NCBI GenBank assembly: GCA_001780725.1
Contig: MFIM01000005.1
Location: 2,127 to 66,126 of the forward strand
DNA from: Candidatus Giovannonibacteria bacterium RIFCSPLOWO2_02_FULL_45_28
GTDB taxonomy: Bacteria; Patescibacteriota; Minisyncoccia; UBA11713; 2-01-FULL-45-33
Reading direction: 5' to 3'
Length of the DNA: 64,000 bases
How positions within the stretch are numbered: the first letter of the stretch is position 1; every line of letters starts with the position of its first letter. Made by a program: the position numbers and the translations under genes. Positions 19,392 to 28,886 of the stretch are shown in pieces. The notes below the pieces were generated by a model that was given only the letters and a program-made list of their open reading frames with translations, had not been told where the DNA came from and ran no database searches.

Positions 19392-20088
19392 ATTTTTTTA
19401 AAAACGCCCTATTTTTATAAAGAGTTTCTGCTAATTTAAAGTCTTCCATATCATCAATATCAACGGCTTTCCATTTTGGGGAAATATATGCGGCGGTTTT
19501 CCATTCCGGCTCAAAAATTTTATTTTTTAGAAAAAATTTCGTATTAACTATGTAAATCATCCCATCCTGCTCAAAAGCGTCCGGCAAATCGCCGCGGTTT
19601 AGCGGGCCGAGACTTACGGTTTTTATGCGGCTTTTTACAATGTTTAAAATTTGGTGTTTCTTCCTGCAAACTGACGTTAAAGCCTTGGTTTTTGCTCTCC
19701 TAAATATTTTCCAGCTTTTTAATATATCCGTAGAATCTCTCAATGGAGAGGTCGGCTGAAGCAGAAAAAACGCCTGCGGATTGTAATTTTCGCTTTTACG
19801 CAAATAATCCAGCATATGAACAACCGCGTCCGCCACGTTGGACTTGTCCCTGGCCAGCTTCGCCGGACGGAGGCAAGGAACCAAAGCGCCGAATTTTTCG
19901 GCCACTCCGGCAATTTTAGGCGAATCGGTGGAAACCACAATTTTATCAAAAAGACCGGATTTTTTGGCTTCTTTGATGGTGTAGTAAATCAAAGGCTTTC
20001 CGCAAAAATTTTTAATTGCCTTATTCGGTATGCCTTTGGATCCGCCTCTTGCCGGAATAATAGCTAAAATTTTTCTTTTTTTAGGCAT
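19378..20088 (-). CDS. neuA: CMP-nonulosonate synthetase (NeuA)
   Basis: IPARGGSKGIP, VSTD, LQPTSPLR and DIDD motifs. Confidence 0.9.
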   Translation of the reverse strand: MPKKRKILAIIPARGGSKGIPNKAIKNFCGKPLIYYTIKEAKKSGLFDKIVVSTDSPKIAGVAEKFGALVPCLRPAKLARDKSNVADAVVHMLDYLRKSENYNPQAFFLLQPTSPLRDSTDILKSWKIFRRAKTKALTSVCRKKHQILNIVKSRIKTVSLGPLNRGDLPDAFEQDGMIYIVNTKFFLKNKIFEPEWKTAAYISPKWKAVDIDDMEDFKLAETLYKNRAFLKKYELG

Positions 20089-21052
20089 TGCTGTAATATT
20101 TTTCTTCTAATGCCGAGAGCCTCTTAAAAAAATGCGGCGACGCGTTAAATTTAATTTTGTCCAGTTTCTTTTTTTTGACAGCGCCATTAAAATAATCCCG
20201 ATTCGGCAACGCTTCCCTTTTTAAAATGCGCGCCATTTCAGGTAATGGTTGTTTGCCGATAAAAGTTCTTATCATTTCTACAACTTTTGCGGTTTGCCCC
20301 AAAATATCTTCGTAGCTCGCGAACAAAACCTTTTCCTGTTCTTCCGAAGAAAGACTTTTCTCGGCATTTTCATACCTTCGAAATAACGCTTCTATTGAAA
20401 GAATGGTTTTATCCATGTGTCCGAGTTTTTCGTATTCTTCGGAATTATTGAACACATACCAAGGCATAACTCCGTTTTTGCCTTCTGCCGGGATATTAAA
20501 ATATTTGGGGTCTTTGCCCCATCTTTTGGTAGCTCCAGTATCGTACCAGGAACTCACCAAATCCACCGGACTGCGTTTTAAACTAATAACTTTTATTTTC
20601 GGGAAGCTGTCAAAATAAATTTTCATATCGGGCAAAACCTCGTGCACAAGAAAAAAACTGTAAGCTCCGCGTTTGTAAAAACTATTGAGTTCTTTGTCCG
20701 CATCTAGCTCTTTTGACCTCAAAAGCAGTTTTTTATAATTAGGATTATTCACAACAGACGATTTATCAAATATGCGATGGTTTAAGTTTCTGCCTATGAG
20801 CGTTTCATAACAGTGCATATCAATTTCGTGGTGCAATAATTCTTCGGCGGCTCTTTTTTCAATAAAACCCAATTTCGTAAAAAATGGGATATGCTCCAAG
20901 ATGCCGCAAAGCTGAACCGGCTCAACATCAGCGAAGCCGTTTAAAATATTCGCGGCCAAAAATTTTCCGGCGCGGCCGATGCCGTCAAGCAAAAGCAGAT
21001 TTTTTACCAGGGGTTTTCGCCGCCCCAAGATAATCTTGTTTTTACGATTCAT
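20081..21052 (-). CDS. Putative PAPS-dependent sulfotransferase
   Basis: N-terminal GIGRAGK resembles the 5'-PSB loop, RSPVDLVSSW resembles the 3'-PB motif, and YED is present. Directly downstream of cysC and sat. Confidence 0.6.
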   Translation of the reverse strand: MNRKNKIILGRRKPLVKNLLLLDGIGRAGKFLAANILNGFADVEPVQLCGILEHIPFFTKLGFIEKRAAEELLHHEIDMHCYETLIGRNLNHRIFDKSSVVNNPNYKKLLLRSKELDADKELNSFYKRGAYSFFLVHEVLPDMKIYFDSFPKIKVISLKRSPVDLVSSWYDTGATKRWGKDPKYFNIPAEGKNGVMPWYVFNNSEEYEKLGHMDKTILSIEALFRRYENAEKSLSSEEQEKVLFASYEDILGQTAKVVEMIRTFIGKQPLPEMARILKREALPNRDYFNGAVKKKKLDKIKFNASPHFFKRLSALEEKYYSNA

Positions 21053-21596
21053 AAATATTTATTTTTGAACTTTCAAATCCCAAAAAAGCAAGCAGTTTGC
21101 TTAAACTTTCTTCCATTGGCTCAATGACTGTTTTTACAGCAAAATCCGGATTTTCCGGAATTTCGTAAGGATTTGAAGCGCTCACGCCTATAAAATTATT
21201 TATTTCCCCAGCAAGCGCCTTTTTATACAAACCCTTAACATCCCTTTCAATGCATTTCTCCAAAGAACAATCCACAAAAAGCTCTATAAAATTTTTACCA
21301 GCCAAGCTTCTTGCCATTGCCCTGTCTTCTCTAAACGGAGAAATCGCGGAAACCAGGACAAAATCATATTTTTTGGATTTTTCTAAAGCAAGTTCTGCCA
21401 GCAATTTATTGTTTTCTCTGATGTCCGCGCGGCTAAAACCAAGATGGCGGTTGAGCGAGCTTCTTACGGCGTCTCCATCCAAAATCTCGCAAGTTTTACC
21501 AAAGCCCAGAAGCTCGTTTCGCAAAGCGCCCGCCAAAGTTGTTTTTCCGGAACCGCTAAGCCCCGTGAACCAAATTATTTTACCGATTTTGCTCAT
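21042..21596 (-). CDS. cysC: Adenylyl-sulfate (APS) kinase
   Basis: WFTGLSGSGKTT, LDGD, RDVKGLY and PYE motifs. Confidence 0.92.
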   Translation of the reverse strand: MSKIGKIIWFTGLSGSGKTTLAGALRNELLGFGKTCEILDGDAVRSSLNRHLGFSRADIRENNKLLAELALEKSKKYDFVLVSAISPFREDRAMARSLAGKNFIELFVDCSLEKCIERDVKGLYKKALAGEINNFIGVSASNPYEIPENPDFAVKTVIEPMEESLSKLLAFLGFESSKINIYES

Positions 21597-21607
21597 GGGT
21601 GCATTTT

Positions 21608-23788
21608 TTATTTTTCCACAAAAACTTTTTCGCCGTTTTTAATGGCAGTGGTAATGATGCCCGCGATTTCCGGGCGCATAAACCACGTCGGCGGCAATTC
21701 GCCTTTTTCAAATGTCTTGCGGGCCTCCGTGCCGCTTATGGATAATTTGTCCGCCTGGTCGTGATTAGGGCTCTCTTTCGCGTGTATATGCTTATCCAAG
21801 CTTTTTGAATAAAAAACTTCGTCAAATTTTACCGCTTTTATCCCGATATCCGGAAATTTATCAAAAATATCATGTGAAGCATTCGGGTGATAAAATTTTC
21901 CCACCCCGGTATGGTCGCGCCCGACGATAAAATGGCTGCAGCCGAAATTTTTTCTGCAAATCGCCGTGAACAACGCTTCGCGGGGGCCGGCGTAACGTGA
22001 ATAAGTATTGAATGTCGCGAACACAACTTTATGTTTTGGATAAATCCCGTTCATCATCCTTTCATAACTTTTAATTATATATGAAGCGTTGTAATCGCCC
22101 GGCTTCTTTTTACCGACCACCGGATGCACGAATAATCCGTCGCAGTGTTCCCGCTCCATGGCGGCAAGCTGTATGTATTCATGGCTTCTGTGAATAACAT
22201 TTCTGGTGTGAAAACCCACAACTCTTGACCAATGCCTTTCCGCAAAAATTTTTCTTACTTGGCGCGGGGTTAGCGCGTAAGCGGAATTTTCGGCCGGCCT
22301 TCTTTTTAGGAGAGTTATTTTGCCCCCCAAAAGAACCGGCTTCATATCCATAACCATCTGCACGCCGGGATGATCCGGACTATTTGTGCCGTACATTTTT
22401 GAAATGAATTCCGATTTGTCCAAACTGAATTTTTCTTCCAAATGCAAAATAGCCAGTGCCCCGCCGCTGCTATCAATCAGCGCTATGTCGTCCCCTTCCC
22501 GAACTTTGTTTGCCTCCTCCTCGGAAACGTCCAGTACGACCGGCAAAGGCCATGGAACGCCGCTTTCAAGGCGCATATTATCTAAAACGCCCCGCAGGTC
22601 CTTTTTCCCCATAAATCCCTCCAACGGGCTGAATACGCCAATCGCTATCTGCTCGGCATCCATCGCGGCATTTTCAGTAATTTTCAGTTTTTTAAGCGAA
22701 TTAACATACACCCCATCCGGCGTTTTGCCAACCGCCCTACTGATCAGTTTCCCGCCATGCGGAGCTATTAAAGCCCCGCCTCCGCCTTCGGAGCAGGCGC
22801 GCGAAATTAAAGCATTAAGCATATTGATACATTCAATAGGATATTTTCCTATGGCGGTTTCGGCGGCCAACACCAGCCCGTAAGCGCCCCCCCAAACACT
22901 GTTTACGACGTCGTGGACTTCCGCGCGCGTAGGCTGTTTCTTTTCTACCATTGTTTCCAAAAGATTCGTGGCCACAAAAACTCCCTTACCGGATTTTTTC
23001 GCTTTTTTGATTATATCTCTCTGCAAAAACGGGATCTCTTCCAACGGCACCTCTTTGCTTAAATCTCCCCGGTCTATAAATAAAAAATCAGATTTGGAAA
23101 TTATGTCGTCAAGATTATCCAGCCCGTCTTGGCATTCAATTTTTGAAATTATTTTCATCCGGCCTTTTGTGGTTCTTCTTACTTCGTCAACGAATTCTCC
23201 CGACCGCATAAATGAGGCAGCGATGTATCCGACGTTTTCTTTGAGACCCAATTCTATGGATTTATAATCCTTTGGCGAAAGGGGCGGCAAATTGTAAAAT
23301 CTGCCCAACGCAGAACTTACGGCCACGGCTTTGTTGCTTCCTAAAAAACCCGGGGAAATAACATCGGCAGTAATATAACCTTTGGATATTGTTGAGGTGT
23401 CTTTGACACGCAAGGCTAGAGCGTCAAAATCCATATAAAGAATATCTCCCTCCTCAAGCTGTGAAATTATTTCTTTGGGGCGGAGAAAAATTTTTTCTTT
23501 ATCGCCCGGCGGCGCATCTCCGCCGTCCCCGCCGAGGCGGACTTCGTCATTTTCATCAAAATAAATCGTTCCCCCTTTTAAATTACCGTTTCTTATCTGT
23601 GATCCTTCAGTGTCAATTATAAATTCAAGGCCATTTTTTTTGGCCAAGCCGACAAAATATTCCAAATCCTCTATTCCGGAGTGCGACATGTTGACTCTCA
23701 CAAAATCCACTCCTCTGTCTTTTATTTTCCTTAAACTTTCCTCGGTTCGCGTTGCCGGCCCGAGAGTTACAATGGTTTTCACTTTCAT
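21608..23788 (-). CDS. sat: Fusion of a pyruvate-kinase-like domain (N-term) and ATP sulfurylase Sat (C-term)
   Basis: PK motifs TLGP, RVNMSH, SKIE, RGDL, PTRAE and ETAIG, then a GGGG linker, then Sat motifs PHGG, SPLEGFM, HTRNVIHRSH, YAGPREA and GRDH. Probable start is MKVKT at 23788. Confidence 0.88.
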   Translation of the reverse strand: MKVKTIVTLGPATRTEESLRKIKDRGVDFVRVNMSHSGIEDLEYFVGLAKKNGLEFIIDTEGSQIRNGNLKGGTIYFDENDEVRLGGDGGDAPPGDKEKIFLRPKEIISQLEEGDILYMDFDALALRVKDTSTISKGYITADVISPGFLGSNKAVAVSSALGRFYNLPPLSPKDYKSIELGLKENVGYIAASFMRSGEFVDEVRRTTKGRMKIISKIECQDGLDNLDDIISKSDFLFIDRGDLSKEVPLEEIPFLQRDIIKKAKKSGKGVFVATNLLETMVEKKQPTRAEVHDVVNSVWGGAYGLVLAAETAIGKYPIECINMLNALISRACSEGGGGALIAPHGGKLISRAVGKTPDGVYVNSLKKLKITENAAMDAEQIAIGVFSPLEGFMGKKDLRGVLDNMRLESGVPWPLPVVLDVSEEEANKVREGDDIALIDSSGGALAILHLEEKFSLDKSEFISKMYGTNSPDHPGVQMVMDMKPVLLGGKITLLKRRPAENSAYALTPRQVRKIFAERHWSRVVGFHTRNVIHRSHEYIQLAAMEREHCDGLFVHPVVGKKKPGDYNASYIIKSYERMMNGIYPKHKVVFATFNTYSRYAGPREALFTAICRKNFGCSHFIVGRDHTGVGKFYHPNASHDIFDKFPDIGIKAVKFDEVFYSKSLDKHIHAKESPNHDQADKLSISGTEARKTFEKGELPPTWFMRPEIAGIITTAIKNGEKVFVEK

Positions 23789-23807
23789 GTTATATATGGA
23801 TATAACC

Positions 23808-25313
23808 ATGAAAGCTTGTTTACAGTTGCAAAGGAGATTTGCTTACGTAGGGCACGCCATGGCCGTAGTTTTAAAGAAACGATACGGGGTAAAAGATTTC
23901 TGCGGCTATGTAGAGCTCACTCCGAGCTTGGAGTTTTTGAAATCGCAAAAAGAAATAAAATACTCGGATTTTCTGCTGGAATCGGAACTGCGTAACGGCT
24001 ATAAAACAGAAAAACTTGACCGCGATTATATCCAATTTTTGGGAAAAGAATACGGCCTGCCCAATCTGTGGCCATATATAGAAATAGATCGCACTGTGCG
24101 ATATGGGCTGTATCTCCGCGACTATCCCCACAACACCCCGCCTTTCACGCATGAGGAAATGATGCGCATGCTGCAATCAAGCGCGAAAAAAATCATTGCT
24201 TTTCTGGACAAAGAAAAACCAGATTTTATGCTGTTCGCCGTAATAAATGATTTCACCAATATGCTTCTTTACCATATTGCCAAGAAAAAAAACATTAAAA
24301 CGTTTTTTATCCAGACGGCGCGGATTAGAGGAAAGTATTCCGTTACGGAAAAATACGGCACATTGAGTTTTGTTGAAAATGTTTTTAATCAACTTCAGGA
24401 AAAAAAGTTTTTTTTGCAGGAAAAACGCCTTGAGGCCGAGACCTTCCTGAAAAAATGGCGCGAACACCCAACAACGCATTCGCCCGTTGACGCGCCGAGC
24501 GCGAGGCCGCTCTCCCGCAAAAAACAATTTAATTTTCTTTTGCCGAATAAAATTATAAACACGGTTTACTGGATCGCGAAAAATACCATAGATTACTTCC
24601 GTTACAAAGACCGCGATTATTGTAAAAATCCATTTTATTTCCTCATTGACCGGGCCCGGCGCAAAATAAGGATTTTGGTCGGTTTTGAAGTTTTCTATGA
24701 CGAATTTGACGCAAAAGACGATTTTGCGTTCTATCCTCTGCAGTATGAACCGGAAATGGCGGTTTCTCTTTTTGCGCCGTTTTACACCGACCAGCTGTGG
24801 CTCGCCAAGCAAATCGCAAGATCTCTGCCGATTGGCTACAAATTTTACATAAAAGAGCATCCTGCAATGTTCGGCTATCGGCCGAGAAATTTTTACAGAG
24901 AATTAAAAAAGATACCGAACGTCAAATTAATCAAACCGACAATAACAAGCTTTGAACTCATTGAGCGCGCCAAAATCATTATCACTCTCACCAATACATC
25001 TGCGTGGGAAGCAGTACTTTTAAAAAAACCGGCTATAACTTTCGGCAACGCGTTTTTCAACATACTGCCGATGGTTAAAAACTGCAAAGCCATCGCTGAT
25101 CTGCCCTACATGGTAAAAGAACAGCTTGAAAATTTTAATTACGACGAAGAAGCTCTGCTGAATTTGCTTGCGGCAATTTTCCAAGAAAGCGCGGATCTTG
25201 ACCTTGTGCAAATCTGGGATATAGAAGGCGGGAGCAACATGGAAAAGAAAAAGGAGGCCGTAGCGCCATTTGTAGACTTTCTTGCCTCTAAATTAAATTT
25301 AATGCAAATTTAA
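23808..25313 (+). CDS. KpsS/Capsule_synth-like putative nonulosonate transferase (paralog of 10188-11648)
   Basis: PLQYEPE, IKEHP and AWEA...KP motifs. Probable start is MKACL at 23808. Confidence 0.65.
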   Translation: MKACLQLQRRFAYVGHAMAVVLKKRYGVKDFCGYVELTPSLEFLKSQKEIKYSDFLLESELRNGYKTEKLDRDYIQFLGKEYGLPNLWPYIEIDRTVRYGLYLRDYPHNTPPFTHEEMMRMLQSSAKKIIAFLDKEKPDFMLFAVINDFTNMLLYHIAKKKNIKTFFIQTARIRGKYSVTEKYGTLSFVENVFNQLQEKKFFLQEKRLEAETFLKKWREHPTTHSPVDAPSARPLSRKKQFNFLLPNKIINTVYWIAKNTIDYFRYKDRDYCKNPFYFLIDRARRKIRILVGFEVFYDEFDAKDDFAFYPLQYEPEMAVSLFAPFYTDQLWLAKQIARSLPIGYKFYIKEHPAMFGYRPRNFYRELKKIPNVKLIKPTITSFELIERAKIIITLTNTSAWEAVLLKKPAITFGNAFFNILPMVKNCKAIADLPYMVKEQLENFNYDEEALLNLLAAIFQESADLDLVQIWDIEGGSNMEKKKEAVAPFVDFLASKLNLMQI

Positions 25314-26103
25314 TGACGCCGCACGAGAGAGAGAGAGAGTCGCACAAGCCGCGGACAAAATCCAGGGCTGGACATCTTACCGTGAAGGTTTTTTTCTTTA
25401 TGAAACCGCAAAAAAATGTTCCGGGCGCGGAGTAATTGTTGAAATCGGATCCTGGAAAGGCAGGTCAACTGTTTGCCTGGGGCTAGGGTCGCTCGCCGGA
25501 AACAAAGTTAAAATTTACGCGATTGATCCGCATACCGGCAGCCCGGATCATATCGCAAGCCACCCCGGAGAAAAAATTTGGACTTTTAAAGAATTTAAAG
25601 AAAACATGAAAAATGCCGGGGTTGATAATGTTGTTGAGCCGCTATTAAAAGCTTCCGATGAGGCCGCGCAAATCTGGAAAGAGCCCATTGAGTTTTTGTA
25701 TTTGGACGTCAATTATCACGATTACGAACTTTCCAAAAATGATTTGGCCGATTGGTCAAAACACGTGATAGATGGCGGTACCATTGCAATCCACAACACA
25801 TATCCTGATCTTCGCGCGATTATTTTTGAAAATCAGCCGCTCTTCGGATGGCCGGGGCCGCGGCGCGTACTTAAAGAATTTGTCTTTGGTTCAAAAAATT
25901 TTAAAAATATAGGAATAGTAAGCAATATAACTTATGCAACAAAATGCAATCAAAATACTTTTCTTGATAGGTTGCGTGGGAGATTAACTCAACTCAAAGG
26001 ATTTTTTTCACTTTTCGCCTTAAAAATTTATTTGATTTTAGTGCAGCTTCCGCAACCCGTTAAGAAATTCGTAAAGCGATTGCTTTTTCGGGCCAAAAAC
26101 TAA
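25313..26103 (+). pseudogene. Class I methyltransferase (Methyltransf_24-like), frameshifted at a (GA)n tract, probably phase-variable and OFF
   Basis: The ATG at 25313 overlaps the upstream TAA. The stop-free frame reading ...IQGW...VEIGSWKGRST...AIDPHTGS continues into ORF 25606-26103 but is out of frame with that ATG unless one GA is removed. Confidence 0.8.
25325..25339 (+). repeat. (GA)7G simple sequence repeat
   Basis: GAGAGAGAGAGAGAG begins at codon 5 of the gene. Confidence 0.95.
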
Positions 26104-27300
26104 ACTTTTCATAATAACGTTCATTGCAACAACCGTCTGGTGCGAGTCCAGATCCGGTTCTTTTAATCTTTCGTAACACTGTCTGGAAAGCTCTTTCCTT
26201 AACTCCGAGTCGGAGCCGAGTTTCTCAATCTGCCGCGCCAAATCTTCCGGATTTTCAGGCTCAAAAGTCAAAGCGCTTTTGCCGGCTTCCCAAGCCAAAC
26301 CCGTGCGCGCCGGCACTATGGACGGCAAACCGAAAACGGTAGCCTCAACCAAAGCCAGCGCGGAAAGAGCCTTGCCCCAACGGGTAAAAACATAAATATC
26401 GCTGGTTTTTAAATATTCATAAAGCTTCTCACGCGAAACCCATCCGGGAAGTTCAACGTAATTTTCCAATCCAAAATCTTTTATCATCCGCCTGACCTGC
26501 GGCTCTTCCGGACCGGATCCTCCCAAAATGAGTTTGAAATTGCCTTTGTTTTTTACCCTCGCAAAGCCGGCAAGCAAAAGATCGTACCCCTTTCCAGGCG
26601 CCATCCGTCCGGAGTAGTAAAGAACGACTTTTTCATTCTTGCCCGCGCGGCCGCGATAATAATTTTCAGTAATTCCGGCCATTCGCATTGTTTCGTCCAT
26701 AGGATAAGTGTCGCCTATAATAAGCCCGTTTGCAGTCGGCCGCAAACCAAAATCGTAATGCATTTTATTTAAAATTGGATTGAGGCACGAAACATAGTCA
26801 ATTTTAGAAGCAAGGCGCACCAAAATAAAGCGCTCAATAAACCACCTGACTTTTCTTTTAAAAAGCTTCCAAAAAGATTTAAGCGAATATTTTTCCCGCC
26901 AAGAACGATTATCAAAAAGAAAGGATGTGTATTCGCCGAGAATTGCCGGCTCCCGTATAAGATAGGCAAAGAGAGGTTTTTTGCCTCCGAAAAATTTATA
27001 AAACCCTCCGCCATAAATATACTGCCCGTCAATATGAAAAATGTCGCAATCTTTTTCATATTTCCGCAAAATCTTAAAAATCGCCCATTGAATCGGGAAA
27101 AGTTTTACGGAATTTATGTTTTCCTCAATCAATTTATACGGCGGCGGTTCCGTGAGGTCGTTGGTTTTGGAAAAAACCGTAACCGCGGTTACTTCATTCC
27201 CAAGTCTCATAAGCTCTTTCATCATGTAGTCAAGCTCTATCACCGACCCCGCAGCCGTATTCGGGTTTTTCAGTTTGGATGTGACAAAAAATATTTTCAT
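26038..27300 (-). CDS. GT4 family glycosyltransferase
   Basis: YSGRMAPGKG, LPGWV and LVEA...GLP motifs. Confidence 0.85.
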   Translation of the reverse strand: MKIFFVTSKLKNPNTAAGSVIELDYMMKELMRLGNEVTAVTVFSKTNDLTEPPPYKLIEENINSVKLFPIQWAIFKILRKYEKDCDIFHIDGQYIYGGGFYKFFGGKKPLFAYLIREPAILGEYTSFLFDNRSWREKYSLKSFWKLFKRKVRWFIERFILVRLASKIDYVSCLNPILNKMHYDFGLRPTANGLIIGDTYPMDETMRMAGITENYYRGRAGKNEKVVLYYSGRMAPGKGYDLLLAGFARVKNKGNFKLILGGSGPEEPQVRRMIKDFGLENYVELPGWVSREKLYEYLKTSDIYVFTRWGKALSALALVEATVFGLPSIVPARTGLAWEAGKSALTFEPENPEDLARQIEKLGSDSELRKELSRQCYERLKEPDLDSHQTVVAMNVIMKSLVFGPKKQSLYEFLNGLRKLH

Positions 27301-27316
27301 GTTAATATAACGTATT

Positions 27317-27703
27317 ATGGAGAAAATCGTTTATAAAGGCAAATTGGTCGGGATAAAAATAACAAAACTCAAAAGGGGTTCTGTGCCGATAACCGCAGAC
27401 GAAGAGCCGCTGCAGCTGATCGGCCTCAAGCATCCTAAGGGGGCATATCTAAAAAAACATTACCACAGCTCAAAACGCCTTGTAACAAAGCAGGTGCAAG
27501 AATGTTTGTTTGTAAAAAAAGGAAAAATCAAACTGGATGTTTACGGCCCGGGACCCAAGTTTAAATATTTAAAATACATCTATCTGAATCCGGGCGATAT
27601 TTTTATCATTCTGAACGGAGGATACGGCATTAATATGCTGAAAGATTCCGAACTCATTGAGGCAAAAAACGGGCCGTATAAAAACGACAAGGCGCTGATT
27701 TGA
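27317..27703 (+). CDS. Cupin-fold protein (sugar isomerase-like)
   Basis: HYH...QE...G and GGYG...IEAKNGPY cupin pattern. Confidence 0.65.
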   Translation: MEKIVYKGKLVGIKITKLKRGSVPITADEEPLQLIGLKHPKGAYLKKHYHSSKRLVTKQVQECLFVKKGKIKLDVYGPGPKFKYLKYIYLNPGDIFIILNGGYGINMLKDSELIEAKNGPYKNDKALI

Positions 27704-27714
27704 GTTACATAAGT

Positions 27715-28818
27715 ATGTTCGGAAAAAATATCCCCCAAATGGAACCGTGGTTTGACGAGGCAGAAGGCCAAGCGCTTTTGGATTTCATGAAAAATAACCG
27801 CTGGAATATCTCTTCCGTAAGCGAGTTTGAAAAACGCCTCGCCGATTTCACGGGCGCAAAATATGCCGCGATGTCCGTGAACGGCACAGTAACCCTGGCT
27901 CTGGCGCTTCTTGCGCTTGATATAAAACCCGGCGATGAAGTCTTGGCGCCGGCCCTTACCATGATCGCCACCCCCAACGCTTGCCGATTGATCGGAGTAA
28001 GGCCGATACTGGTTGATGTTGACCCGGAAACTCTTTGCATGGATTTGAAAAAGGCGGAAGAGGCGTTAACGCCGAAAACCAAAGCAATAATGTATGTGCC
28101 GTTAAACGGCCGCTCCGGCGATATGGACGCGGCCGTAAAATTCGCGAAAGACCGCAATCTTTTTTTGGTTGAAGATGCCGCGCAAGCGCTTGGATCGTAT
28201 TTTAAAGGAAATCGCTGGAGCAAAAAACATCTCGGCACCTTCGGGGATTTTGGCAGTTTTTCATTTGATTTTCACAAGCTAATCAGTACCGGCCAAGGCG
28301 GGGCGCTGGTCACGAATAACGAAGCGATTTATAACAAAATAAAACTGCTGAAAGATTTCGGGCGCGCTCCGGGGCAACAGGACATTCACGATTTTATTGG
28401 CTGGAATTTCAAACCATCAAATATATTGGCGCTAATCGGTGTAGAACAGTTTAAAAAAATCCCTTGGCGCATAAACCGCAAAAGAGAAATTTATAAATAT
28501 TACCACGATAATCTTTCGCAAATTCAAGACATTGAATTCGTAGAAACCGATCTAAATCTCACCACGCCTTGGTTTGTGGATATTTTCGTGGCTGAACCAA
28601 AAAAGTTAATGGATTTTTTGGAAAAGAAAGGCATAGGCACAAGGCTTTTTTATCCCGCAATCAACACGCAAAAAATTTATCGGGATGAGTATGTTGGAAA
28701 AGGTTTTCCTGTCGCCGAGCGTTACGGCTCCCGTGGCTTGTGGCTTCCGTCGTCATCAAAACTTACGGATGAGGAATTAAAATACACAGTTGAATTGGTA
28801 AAATCCTATTACGCTTGA
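27715..28818 (+). CDS. DegT family aminotransferase (perosamine synthase-like)
   Basis: EDAAQALG and FSFDFHKLISTGQGG motifs. ATG at 27715; the track uses a TTG at 27700. Confidence 0.85.
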   Translation: MFGKNIPQMEPWFDEAEGQALLDFMKNNRWNISSVSEFEKRLADFTGAKYAAMSVNGTVTLALALLALDIKPGDEVLAPALTMIATPNACRLIGVRPILVDVDPETLCMDLKKAEEALTPKTKAIMYVPLNGRSGDMDAAVKFAKDRNLFLVEDAAQALGSYFKGNRWSKKHLGTFGDFGSFSFDFHKLISTGQGGALVTNNEAIYNKIKLLKDFGRAPGQQDIHDFIGWNFKPSNILALIGVEQFKKIPWRINRKREIYKYYHDNLSQIQDIEFVETDLNLTTPWFVDIFVAEPKKLMDFLEKKGIGTRLFYPAINTQKIYRDEYVGKGFPVAERYGSRGLWLPSSSKLTDEELKYTVELVKSYYA

Positions 28819-28844
28819 CAGCGCGCCGTGCGGTTTGCTAATCT
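28815..28844 (+). promoter_or_regulatory. Sigma70-type promoter for the 28887 gene
   Basis: TTGACA-18 nt-TAATCT with TGn. SD-like AAGGGGG upstream of the ATG. Confidence 0.6.
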
Positions 28845-28886
28845 ATTTTTAGACCTTTAGACCAACTTCAGAAAAAAGGGGGTTAG

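Noticed and set aside
22780-22793. CTCCG-CCTT-CGGAG hairpin at the PK-Sat linker as a decayed palindromic element that created the fusion
   Set aside because: The stem is only 5 bp and can be explained by Gly/Ser codons, which is too weak to claim.
21042-23788. CysC plus a PEP-related enzyme as a Campylobacter-type phosphoramidate (MeOPN) pathway
   Set aside because: The enzyme has pyruvate-kinase motifs rather than PPDK motifs, and it is fused to Sat next to a sulfotransferase, so PAPS synthesis is the simpler reading.
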